DNA of 64,000 nucleotides from Candidatus Doudnabacteria bacterium (GCA_963768175.1 CAVYGQ010000001.1:382305-446304); one strand, 5' to 3'. Counted from the first letter of the stretch, positions 26,037 through 34,226 are shown. Notes: a model not told the origin generated them from the sequence alone. Translations and numbers: made by a program.

Positions 26037-27263
26037 TTATTTTGCCAATAAGACAATCAACTCTTTGATTTTCACCAATTTCGCTTCTGTCTCCAAACGC
26101 TTTTTTACTTCTACCGATTCCTGCGCCAAGGTCTTTTCCGAAACGATTATGCGATATGGAATGCCGATTAAATCGCTATCCGCGAATTTTACGCCAGGAC
26201 TTACGTCCCTATCATCATATAATACCTCAATCTGGGCATTTAATAAAGTCTGGTAAATTTCATCAGCCTTGGCTTCTGCGCCGTTGAGCGCCAAAAGATG
26301 GACTTTAAACGGGGCTACGGCTTCCGGCCAAATTATACCTTTATCGTCGTGGAATTTTTCCACAATAACACCCATTGCGCGGGTAGTGCCCAAACCATAG
26401 CAGCCCATTAAAACAATTTTTTTACTCCCGTCCCGCGCCGCGTACTGTAAATCAAAAGCTTTGGAATATTTGTCCTGCAACTTAAAAATATTGCCGACTT
26501 CCGAGCCCTTGGTTTCCCGCCAGGAAGTTTTGCCGCAATTTGAACACTTCGCGCCGTTTTGATAGATTTCCTTATTTTTTGCGAGCCGGCACTTTTCACA
26601 AACATAAATCGTATCCTCACCGTTTTCAATTTCAACCTGATACTCGTGGGAATATTTGGAAAAAGTTCCGCCTGAGGCCTCCGTCAAAATCGCGTCAAGA
26701 CCTAATCGCTTATAAACCGCCTCATAAGCCGGGATGGCTTTTTTGTTGTAATACTCTTCCAAATCTTCGGCATCCGCGTGAAAACTATACAAATCTTTCA
26801 TCCTAAATTCTCTGGTGCGCAATAAGCCGGTCTTGGCGCGCGGCTCATCCCGGAATTTGGTCTGAATTTGATAAACAGCCAAAGGCAAATCTTTATAACT
26901 GCTGATAATGGATTGAGCCGCGGGCGTAACGATTTCTTCATGAGTCGGCCCCAAGGCGTATTCGTTGCCGTGCTGGGATTTGATTTTAAACAATATGTCT
27001 AATGCAGCCCACCGGCCGGTCTTCTCCCAGTTTTCTTTGGGATGTAGCACTGACATAAACATTTCATCGCCGATTTTATCCATTTCGTCCCGAACAATGT
27101 TTTCAATTTTTTGCAGCACTCTTAAGCCCAATGGCAAAAAAGTATAAACCCCGGCCAGGACTTTTTGCACAAACCCGCCCTGCTCCAATAATTTGGCGTT
27201 TACCGACAAGTCATCGGCAGGAGTGGTTTTAGAAGTTTTTAAAAAATATTTACTTTGGCGCAT
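26037..27263 (-). CDS. proS: prolyl-tRNA synthetase (bacterial-type N-terminus, no INS editing domain)
   Basis: MRQSKYFLKTSKTTPADDLSVNAKLLEQGGFVQK plus class II motifs (motif 3 CYGLGTTRAMG). It is only 408 aa. Confidence 0.8.
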   Translation of the reverse strand: MRQSKYFLKTSKTTPADDLSVNAKLLEQGGFVQKVLAGVYTFLPLGLRVLQKIENIVRDEMDKIGDEMFMSVLHPKENWEKTGRWAALDILFKIKSQHGNEYALGPTHEEIVTPAAQSIISSYKDLPLAVYQIQTKFRDEPRAKTGLLRTREFRMKDLYSFHADAEDLEEYYNKKAIPAYEAVYKRLGLDAILTEASGGTFSKYSHEYQVEIENGEDTIYVCEKCRLAKNKEIYQNGAKCSNCGKTSWRETKGSEVGNIFKLQDKYSKAFDLQYAARDGSKKIVLMGCYGLGTTRAMGVIVEKFHDDKGIIWPEAVAPFKVHLLALNGAEAKADEIYQTLLNAQIEVLYDDRDVSPGVKFADSDLIGIPYRIIVSEKTLAQESVEVKKRLETEAKLVKIKELIVLLAK

Positions 27264-27285
27264 AAATAAATGTGGTTAGTTGTTT

Positions 27286-27698
27286 CCATCCCGACCGACG
27301 GCTGTCATCGCAATACTGAGCCGGCCGGAGTGGAGGGATCTGTTGTTTATTAATTGAGTGCCTTATATTCCCAAATTTTCAAATAAATCTTTCCAGCCCG
27401 GATTCATTTTTTCGATAAGAAAAATTTTCTTTTCTCTTCTCCAGTTTTTGAGCTGCTTTTCCCTAGCCAAGACTCCTTCAAAACTTTCACCTGCCTCATA
27501 ATACACTAATTTGTGGCATCTATATTTTTTTGTAAATCCATCCACGACGTCATTCTTATGTTCAAATACCCTTTTTCTTAAATCCGAAGTGAAGCCAATA
27601 TATAATGCTCCGCTTAAACTGGACATAATATACACATAATACTGGCCATCCATATATTTTAACAGATCCCTCGACTCGGATGCACTCGCTCGGGATGG
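27286..27698. mobile_element. GIY-YIG nuclease gene bracketed by family B-type inverted repeats (CCATCCCGA...GAGGGATCTGTT / AACAGATCCCTC...TCGGGATGG)
   Basis: Left arm at 27286-27344 and right arm at 27661-27698; the right arm is the reverse complement of the left with an internal deletion. The enclosed ORF is a GIY-YIG endonuclease. Confidence 0.6.
27363..27653 (-). CDS. GIY-YIG family nuclease (96 aa)
   Basis: YVYIMSSLSGALYIGFTSDLRKRVFEHK matches the GIY-YIG consensus. Confidence 0.85.
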   Translation of the reverse strand: MDGQYYVYIMSSLSGALYIGFTSDLRKRVFEHKNDVVDGFTKKYRCHKLVYYEAGESFEGVLAREKQLKNWRREKKIFLIEKMNPGWKDLFENLGI

Positions 27699-27706
27699 AA
27701 CACTGG

Positions 27707-28960
27707 CTACTTCCTAATTATATCGTGCACCGTAACCGCTATCATTAATAAAATTAAAAATATGAAACCGGCGGTGTTTACGATTTGCTCAATTTTCTGG
27801 TTGTTGCGTTTGCGGCGGACAGCTTCTATACACAAAAACAGTATCCGACCGCCGTCTAAGGCCGGAAACGGGAGGATGTTAAGGACGGCTAAATTCAACG
27901 ATAAAAACGCCGTGAACTGCATTAAAAACACAAACCCCAAACCGGTAACTTGTCCGGTAAGCCTGGCTATTTGTATAGGGCCGCCTAAGGACGAAAAACC
28001 GATATGTTGGACAAATAAACTATACAATCCATAAACTATTCCAACAAGACCGGTAACTGTGGCCAATCCGCCCTGCCAAATTGCCGTATACCAGGGGTAT
28101 TTTAGCCTGCCGAGCAAAGAAACCTCAATGCCCGTGGCACCCTGCCCGGGAGCCGGATTTACGTCAGGAATAATTTGAAAATTCAGATGTTGTTGCCCCC
28201 TTTGCACCTGGAAATCTATAGCCTTCCCTTGATGGGAATTAATGTAGCGCTGAAAATCGTCTACGGAATTGAAAGCGTTGCCGTCTATGGATAAAATTAC
28301 GTCATTTGGTTTTATGCCGGCTTTATCGGCAGGTAAATTTTTTTCAACATCCAAAACCGCAGTTTCCGGATGGGTTAAGGTGGCGTGTGCCGGAACGTCG
28401 GCCAGGCTGTTAATTGCCACGGGAAGGCCTATCATATATCCGGCCGAAAGTATTACCCAAGCTAAAATAACATTCATTGCCACGCCTGCCACCAGCGTAA
28501 AAAACCGCGGCCAAAAACCTTTGTTAATAAAACTTCCCGGGTGGTCTTCGTTGTCGTTATTTTCGCCTAAGATTTTTACAAACCCGCCCAAAGGAATCCA
28601 GTTGATGGAATAAACAGTATAATTTGGATTAAACGGCGGGCGATGCCCCCAGGTAAAATGCCATTTTTTCTTTGGCGTAATCTCATTAACTTCTCTGACT
28701 GTATCGGTAATCTTTTCAACAACAACTTCCTGCCCCGACGATTCAATGTCTTCGGTGGAGAAAGAAACGGTTTCCGTTTTACTGACTTTTGTAACCTGAT
28801 TTTCCTTGGATACCTGGATACCGACAATTCTCGGCGGGAACCCAAAACCAAACTCTTCCACTACCATGCCGGATTTTTTGGCTACGATGAAATGGCCAAA
28901 CTCGTGGACGAATACGAGCAGGCCGAGGATGACTATAAAAATAATTATTGTTAAAAACAT
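27707..28960 (-). CDS. rseP: site-2 protease (RIP zinc metalloprotease RseP family, M50)
   Basis: HEFGHFIVAK zincin motif, an internal PDZ domain, the second motif LNILPFPALDGG (LDG), and 4 TM helices. Confidence 0.88.
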   Translation of the reverse strand: MFLTIIIFIVILGLLVFVHEFGHFIVAKKSGMVVEEFGFGFPPRIVGIQVSKENQVTKVSKTETVSFSTEDIESSGQEVVVEKITDTVREVNEITPKKKWHFTWGHRPPFNPNYTVYSINWIPLGGFVKILGENNDNEDHPGSFINKGFWPRFFTLVAGVAMNVILAWVILSAGYMIGLPVAINSLADVPAHATLTHPETAVLDVEKNLPADKAGIKPNDVILSIDGNAFNSVDDFQRYINSHQGKAIDFQVQRGQQHLNFQIIPDVNPAPGQGATGIEVSLLGRLKYPWYTAIWQGGLATVTGLVGIVYGLYSLFVQHIGFSSLGGPIQIARLTGQVTGLGFVFLMQFTAFLSLNLAVLNILPFPALDGGRILFLCIEAVRRKRNNQKIEQIVNTAGFIFLILLMIAVTVHDIIRK

Positions 28961-28980
28961 AGACTAATTACAATAAATTT

Positions 28981-29116
28981 GGCGTCATTCTGAACGAGTG
29001 CATCCGAGTGAAGAATCTCTAACTTTGATGAGATCCTTCGCCCTTACCCATTCGGCTACGCCCAAGGTGCTTTGAGCCCAGTCGAAAGGCAGATGCATTC
29101 GGGCTCAGGATGACGC
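28981..29116. repeat. family B MITE-like element (GGCGTCATTCTGA ... TCAGGATGACGCC, 136 bp)
   Basis: Perfect 13-bp TIR; inside are gtgcatccgagtg and ttgatgagatcc, which are core variants. Confidence 0.75.
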
Positions 29117-29123
29117 CAAAGCA

Positions 29124-29681
29124 TTAAATCGTCATCACTTCCTTTTCTTTTGCCTCCGCGTGTTTCTTAATCTCTTCGTTATATTTATCCACTATTTCCT
29201 GAAGCTTTTTTTGGCCGGTTTCCAGCTGGTCTTTGCTGATCTTTTTATCGGCTTCCGCTTTCTTCATTTCTTTGTGGGTGGTTTCGCGCGCGTTGCGGAT
29301 GCCGATTTTTCCCTTTTCCGCCAACTGCCCCACGAGCTTTACCATCTCTTTTCTTCTTTCTTCGTTTAAAGCCGGCAGGTTAATACGGATTACTACGCCG
29401 TCACTGCTCGGGTTAAAACCTAAATTTGCCAATTGAATCCCTTTTTCAATAGCCTGGATTTGCCCTTTATCCCAGGGGCTAATGACTAAAGTTCTGGCAT
29501 CACTAACCGAAATCGAGGCCACGTGCTCCAGCGGCATTTTAGTGCCGTAGCTTTCCACTATTACGCTGTTAAGCAGCGCTGGGTTGGCTCGTCCGGTACG
29601 CACGCCGGAAAGTTCGTGCAAAAAATGTTCTAAGGCTTTTTCAAAATGTTCTTTGTTATCGTTTAAAATTTGGTCAATCAT
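29124..29681 (-). CDS. frr: ribosome recycling factor
   Basis: 185 aa collinear with RRF (VRTGRANPALLNSV, NLPALNEERRKE). Confidence 0.9.
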   Translation of the reverse strand: MIDQILNDNKEHFEKALEHFLHELSGVRTGRANPALLNSVIVESYGTKMPLEHVASISVSDARTLVISPWDKGQIQAIEKGIQLANLGFNPSSDGVVIRINLPALNEERRKEMVKLVGQLAEKGKIGIRNARETTHKEMKKAEADKKISKDQLETGQKKLQEIVDKYNEEIKKHAEAKEKEVMTI

Positions 29682-29683
29682 AG

Positions 29684-29788
29684 TAGCGACCCTAATACCC
29701 GAATTCCACCCGAATTATCCGAATTGGGCCCATTCGGGTCATTCGGTCCGCCAGCTGGCGGATAATTCGTGTCATTCGTGTCGGTTAA
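29684..29788. repeat. family C leader element: CCGAAT(T) iterons at about 10-bp periodicity followed by inverted ATTCGG copies and an ATTCGTGTCATTCGTGTCGGTTAA module
   Basis: cccgaattccacccgaattatccgaattgggcccattcgggtcattcggtccgccagctggcggataattcgtgtcattcgtgtcggttaatt. It occupies the entire upstream region of frr on the minus strand. Confidence 0.7.
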
Positions 29789-30850
29789 TTAATTGCTTGG
29801 GTTAATATAAACTCCGGAGTAAGCTATTTGCGGCAATGCGGGATCTATTAAAATATAATTAATGAATCCGGCGGTTACAATGCCTTGGGTCTGCCAGCTT
29901 AAACCGCCATCCAAAGATTTGTAAACTGTACCACCCACGCTGACATAAATTATACTGCTGTTGTCTCTGGAAACGGCTATGGCGCGGGCTGGATTCTGGC
30001 CCGGCTGGACAGGCAGGCTTTGCGCCGTCCAAGTTTGCCCGCCGTCCAAGCTTTTATACAAACCTTTGTCCGTAGTCAAGTAAACCAGGCTGGGGGTTTT
30101 CAAATCGCTATAGAACTGATGATAAGCCCCGACTTCGGAATTCCCAGCAATATAATCAATGCTGGCCACACCACCGGTGTTTTTGAAACCGGCGGTGAGT
30201 TCGGTAAAAGTCGTTCCGGAATCGGTGGATTTATATAAACCTTTATCTTTTAATAAAACAAAAATATTGTCCTGCCATAAAACTTCGTTAACCTGATCGT
30301 TAAAGTTGTTGGCCAACTGCCAGGTTATGCCGCTATCGGAGCTTTTAACCACACTTCCTAAAGTTGTGCCAATGACCATTTGATTGGAATTGGCCGAGTT
30401 AATGGCTACCGAACGCACCGGATTGGATGCGGTGGCTTCGTGATAAACTTCATTCCAGCTGGCTCCGCCGTCCGTGGTTTTTAGCAAACAGCCGTGGCTC
30501 ACACATAAACCCGCGGCATAAATTATTTTGGAATTTTGTGGGTTTATGGCAAAATCATAAACTTGGATGTTAGACAAAATGTTTGACCAAGTAGCGGCGG
30601 AGTCCTGGGATTCATACAATCCGTTGGTATAGGTGCCGGCAAAAACCGTCTGGCTGTTAGAAGGATCAAACGCCAGTTTGGAAATGTAAGTTGATGACAA
30701 ACTTCCGGTCCCAGTTTTCAAGGTGTCGGCCGGCCTCCAGTCCGCTCCGCCGTTTACCGTCTTAAATACCCCCGCCTGCACTGGAGCCGCAAAAGGATTA
30801 CAAGCGGCGGATATTAATACCACGCTAACTATTAAAATAATCTTTTTCAT
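29789..30850 (-). CDS. secreted BNR/Asp-box repeat protein (Ycf48/sialidase-like beta-propeller)
   Basis: Signal peptide, then at least 6 S-x-D-x-G-x-T-W type repeats (GGADWRP, SQDSAATW, TDGGASW, SDSGITW, TDSGTTF, LDGGQTW, LDGGLSW). Confidence 0.7.
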   Translation of the reverse strand: MKKIILIVSVVLISAACNPFAAPVQAGVFKTVNGGADWRPADTLKTGTGSLSSTYISKLAFDPSNSQTVFAGTYTNGLYESQDSAATWSNILSNIQVYDFAINPQNSKIIYAAGLCVSHGCLLKTTDGGASWNEVYHEATASNPVRSVAINSANSNQMVIGTTLGSVVKSSDSGITWQLANNFNDQVNEVLWQDNIFVLLKDKGLYKSTDSGTTFTELTAGFKNTGGVASIDYIAGNSEVGAYHQFYSDLKTPSLVYLTTDKGLYKSLDGGQTWTAQSLPVQPGQNPARAIAVSRDNSSIIYVSVGGTVYKSLDGGLSWQTQGIVTAGFINYILIDPALPQIAYSGVYINPSN

Positions 30851-30851
30851 A

Positions 30852-30946
30852 TAGCGACCCTAATATCCGAATGTCATCCGAATTATCCGAATCAAACCCT
30901 TTCGGGTCATTCGGGTTTTAATTCGTATCATTCGGATCGGTTATAT
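30852..30946. repeat. family C leader element, second copy
   Basis: tagcgaccctaatatccgaatgtcatccgaattatccgaatcaaaccctttcgggtcattcgggttttaattcgtatcattcggatcggtta. It is a direct repeat of 29684-29788 and flanks the BNR gene on its other side. Confidence 0.7.
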
Positions 30947-31792
30947 TTTAAGCAATAGCCCTTGCAAAATTAATTTTTTATTTTTATTCCGCTTTAAACC
31001 CTGCAAACAATCACCCAACGCCCGGACCTTTGTATAATCCTCCGGGTTTTCCGCCAGCCGGCCACTCTGCCACATTAGCCAAGTCTGTAAATTTTTTGCC
31101 AAATCTTCTACTTCCAATTCCGCCAAGCTGCTTATTGACATCAATTTTTCCCCAAGGCGCATTTTTTGAAAATTTTTATACTGCTCAACGGTTTTTTCCT
31201 CGCTGCTTAAAAATTCAATGTCTAAGGATAATTTTTTTAAGCGCGCCGGACTGCCAAAACTTAAATCCTGTATGGGCCCGGTTAATTTTAATTTTTCGCG
31301 TTTGGCGAACTCTTTCAGCTGGTTTTTACTAAACGGACTAAAATTCAACACCTGGCAACGGGAAACAATGGTCGGCAAAAGGCGCGCGGAGTCGGCAGTC
31401 AAGATAATAAGGCTGCTGATTGATGTTTCTTCCAAAGTCTTCAGCAGCGCGTTGGCGGCCTGTAAATTAAGGTTTTGGGCGTTGTTGATTATGGCAACTT
31501 TCTTTTGGGCCAAAAAAGGCTTAAAAGAAAGCCGGGAAATAAGGTCTAAAATCGGCTCCACGGTAATTTCGCCGCCTTGGTCCAACATGAAAAAATCGGG
31601 ATGGGTGCTTAATTTTTCGGTCCCTAAAACCTTTTGCGCAAACTCCTGCGCCAAAGTTTTTTTGCCGACACCCTTGGGTCCGGCAAACAAATAAGCGTGG
31701 GGAAACTTTTGCACCCCGATTTGCTTATTTAAAATAGATTTTACGGCATCATGGCCGAAAGTTTGCCAAATTTCCGCGGCTGGAGTTTCCAT
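30941..31792 (-). CDS. holB: DNA polymerase III delta-prime subunit
   Basis: HAYLFAGPKGVGKKT P-loop-like clamp-loader motif, SRC motif (TIVSRCQVLNF), 283 aa. Confidence 0.8.
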   Translation of the reverse strand: METPAAEIWQTFGHDAVKSILNKQIGVQKFPHAYLFAGPKGVGKKTLAQEFAQKVLGTEKLSTHPDFFMLDQGGEITVEPILDLISRLSFKPFLAQKKVAIINNAQNLNLQAANALLKTLEETSISSLIILTADSARLLPTIVSRCQVLNFSPFSKNQLKEFAKREKLKLTGPIQDLSFGSPARLKKLSLDIEFLSSEEKTVEQYKNFQKMRLGEKLMSISSLAELEVEDLAKNLQTWLMWQSGRLAENPEDYTKVRALGDCLQGLKRNKNKKLILQGLLLKI

Positions 31793-31883
31793 AACAATGA
31801 TGTAGTTTTTCGATTTCTATGTTTAAATTATAACATCAAAAACCGCTTTAAGCAAAAAGTAGGTTAGGGGCATGTCTCGCTAA

Positions 31884-31926
31884 CAAGGGGCATCCTTGTG
31901 CTGCACAAGGATGCCCCTTGTTTTTT
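31884..31926 (+). terminator. hairpin CAAGGGGCATCCTTGTGCTGCACAAGGATGCCCCTTG + T6 (family F)
   Basis: 17-bp stem with loop GCTG and a TTTTTT tail. It is oriented for + strand termination although both neighbours are on the minus strand. Confidence 0.6.
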
Positions 31927-31943
31927 AGATAATGCCAAATTTA

Positions 31944-32477
31944 CTACTGGTCTACATTAACCGTAAAAACCATATTTGGATGCAGATTGTCATCAAAGCT
32001 CCAACTGCCGGCTTTGGTAAATTGAAACTTGTATTCGGCACCAGAGGCAATAGGTTTAGATGGGTTAAAGTTGGGATAAGCTGCTAGAGTGTCAGCCGAG
32101 CCGGTCACGGGCCAAAAATCTCCCGTGCTTTTGTTCTTAAAAAATATATAGTCCCCAACTTTTAAGTTAGTGACTTTCGGCAAATAGGCGGTGCCGTCAA
32201 AATCCACCTCGGAAACCTGGATGTTGGAGCCGACATTTTCACCTCCGCCCTGAGCCTCGGGCGGAGTATAATCCGCTTTAGTACCCCCTTTAACATTGGT
32301 TTGGGTTTGCGGTGTAGTTGTTTGTGCGGGAACCTGGTTTTGCGCAGGCGCGAACTGGGAGTTTTCCACTGTCGGGGCTTTTGCTTCCTGTTTGCTGTAA
32401 AAATAAAAGACCGCCCCTAAAACAACCAAAATAATAATAACGATAATAGTCTTTTTCACCCCGTTAGAAACAATCAT
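31944..32477 (-). CDS. hypothetical membrane-anchored protein, possible cupredoxin-like beta-sandwich
   Basis: N-terminal TM, a low-complexity Thr/Pro/Gln linker, and a C-terminal beta domain (LKVGDYIFFKNKSTGDFWPVTG) resembling plastocyanin-like folds. There are no obvious Cu ligands. Confidence 0.35.
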   Translation of the reverse strand: MIVSNGVKKTIIVIIILVVLGAVFYFYSKQEAKAPTVENSQFAPAQNQVPAQTTTPQTQTNVKGGTKADYTPPEAQGGGENVGSNIQVSEVDFDGTAYLPKVTNLKVGDYIFFKNKSTGDFWPVTGSADTLAAYPNFNPSKPIASGAEYKFQFTKAGSWSFDDNLHPNMVFTVNVDQ

Positions 32478-32589
32478 TTTAAGGCTCCTTTCAAATTTCA
32501 GTAATTACCCCATTAAAAAAGTAGTTTCTAACGGGGTTCATAAACCTTAATGTTAATGATATACTATCATTATAATTATACCACCATTT

Positions 32590-32730
32590 ATGAGAAAGAA
32601 AATTACCGATGAGTTCGCGACAAAAGCCAAAAAACGCGAAATAAAAAAACGCCTGCGCATGAAAATGCACGGCGCAGGATTAAAAAAATTAATTGTGCAC
32701 GCCGGGAAAAAATTAACAACAAAAAGATAG
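32590..32730 (+). CDS. 46-aa highly basic small ORF MRKKITDEFATKAKKREIKKRLRMKMHGAGLKKLIVHAGKKLTTKR (hypothetical; not in the ORF track)
   Basis: Clean ATG to TAG, with 17 of 46 residues K or R. No SD is visible. It does not match the L34, L35 or L36 consensus. Confidence 0.25.
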   Translation: MRKKITDEFATKAKKREIKKRLRMKMHGAGLKKLIVHAGKKLTTKR

Positions 32731-32777
32731 TATTTCTTTTTATTGTTATCCCGAACGGAGTAAGGGATCTCTTTACC

Positions 32778-33752
32778 ATGATTCATAATTCCAAATCCAA
32801 ACTTTTAATCATCATCGGCCCAACCTCTTCCGGCAAATCCGGGTTGGCAGTTGTGCTGGCAAAAAAATTTAACGGCGAAATAGTTTCCTGCGACAGCCGG
32901 CAAATTTATAAAGCAATGGGTTTGGGCACCGGGAAGGTGGCCGGAAAATGGTTAAAATCAAATACTTGCTTAAACCGCGGCCGCGGTTTTAACGAGTATT
33001 TCATTTACAAAGGCATCGTCCACCATCTTATTGATCTTATAAATCCCAAAAAACAATACTCCGCGGCTTTATTCCAGCGTGACGCCAAAAAAATAATTGC
33101 TGATATCATCGCGCGCGGCAAACTCCCCATTCTCTGCGGTGGCACCGCGCACTGGATTGACGCAGTGATTTACGATCAACAACTGCCGGACGTAAAACCC
33201 GATGCCAGATTGCGCAGGCAATTAGGACGGCTTTCGGCCGAGTGCTTATTCGCACGAATTAGCCGACTTGATTCGCAACGCGCAAAAACAATAGATAGGC
33301 ACAACAAACGCCGCCTTATCCGCGCTCTGGAAATTGTTATCTTAAGCGGCAAACCTGTGCCGCCCTTTGGCGGCATCCCGAGCGAACGAAGTAAATCGAG
33401 AGGTCCGTACGATACCCTTTGGCTCGGCCTCAACCCACCGCAAAACATCTTATTTGCCGAAATAAAAAAACGCCTTAAGCAGCGCCTTAACGCAGGAATG
33501 ATAAAAGAAGTAAAACAACTACATCGCCACGGGCTGTCTTACAAGCGTCTGAAATCATTCGGCCTGGAATACAAATTCGTCAGCCTTTATTTACAAAAAA
33601 GGCTTAGCTACGATAAAATGTTTGAACAACTCTTCACCGCCATCAAACAATACTCCAAACGCCAAATGACCTGGTGGAAAAAAAATAAAGATATTAGATG
33701 GATAAAAAACGAACAACGAATCGAAAAGATTGTAAAAAATTTCCTCAAGTAA
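32778..33752 (+). CDS. miaA: tRNA dimethylallyltransferase
   Basis: LLIIIGPTSSGKSGLAV P-loop and CDSRQIYKAMGLGTGK, the typical MiaA N-terminus. Confidence 0.88.
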   Translation: MIHNSKSKLLIIIGPTSSGKSGLAVVLAKKFNGEIVSCDSRQIYKAMGLGTGKVAGKWLKSNTCLNRGRGFNEYFIYKGIVHHLIDLINPKKQYSAALFQRDAKKIIADIIARGKLPILCGGTAHWIDAVIYDQQLPDVKPDARLRRQLGRLSAECLFARISRLDSQRAKTIDRHNKRRLIRALEIVILSGKPVPPFGGIPSERSKSRGPYDTLWLGLNPPQNILFAEIKKRLKQRLNAGMIKEVKQLHRHGLSYKRLKSFGLEYKFVSLYLQKRLSYDKMFEQLFTAIKQYSKRQMTWWKKNKDIRWIKNEQRIEKIVKNFLK

Positions 33753-33779
33753 CTAAATAGTTACCACCGGTTAATTGCT

Positions 33780-33815
33780 AGTGGGAAAGTTGTACAAATG
33801 TACAACTTTCCCACT
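33780..33815. promoter_or_regulatory. perfect 17-bp-arm palindrome AGTGGGAAAGTTGTACA-aa-TGTACAACTTTCCCACT
   Basis: Directly after the miaA stop and 20 bp before promoter P_C. It is an operator-like or bidirectional terminator-like hairpin. Confidence 0.55.
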
Positions 33816-33837
33816 ATTTAGTTTAAAAGATAAGCAC

Positions 33838-33866
33838 TTGCAACTTTTAATTAATATATATATACT
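33838..33866 (+). promoter_or_regulatory. sigma70-like promoter P_C (TTGCAA-17-TATACT)
   Basis: TTGCAA at 33838-33843 and TATACT at 33861-33866, followed by SD TAAGGAGG at 33874-33881. Confidence 0.55.
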
Positions 33867-33884
33867 GCCTCCTAAGGAGGCCTG

Positions 33885-34226
33885 ATGCCGGCACAGATCG
33901 TAGATGGCGATCTGGTGATTACACCAGCGCCAAAAACAACGGTTCGCCCGCTAAATGAGGAATGTGGAGGTCTCGCTGGAGACCTTGCCACCGCTAAATG
34001 CGCACCCGATGGAGAGCTGGTAGCGGCGGCCATTCCCGGAGTTGGAGAACTCCGAGGAAGAATGGAAAGCCTTCGAGGCAGCCCACCCCTCGGAAACCAA
34101 CCCGTTAAACGGGCTTCGCACGGAGCTCGATTGATGGCCGGAGTTCAACAACCATGCCGCGAGGACCTAGAGGTACCTCGCGGCGTTCTCTTTTCTTTAT
34201 TGTTCGAGCTTATCGAGAACCAATAA
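33885..34226 (+). CDS. hypothetical small protein (113 aa), GC-rich (about 60%)
   Basis: ATG 4 nt after AAGGAGG. Foreign composition and no recognisable domain. Confidence 0.5.
   Translation: MPAQIVDGDLVITPAPKTTVRPLNEECGGLAGDLATAKCAPDGELVAAAIPGVGELRGRMESLRGSPPLGNQPVKRASHGARLMAGVQQPCREDLEVPRGVLFSLLFELIENQ

Noticed and set aside
32553-32786. 77-aa minus-strand ORF upstream of miaA
   Set aside because: Phe/Asn/Ile-rich low-complexity translation of an AT-rich spacer. The plus-strand 46-aa basic ORF is the better, though still weak, candidate.
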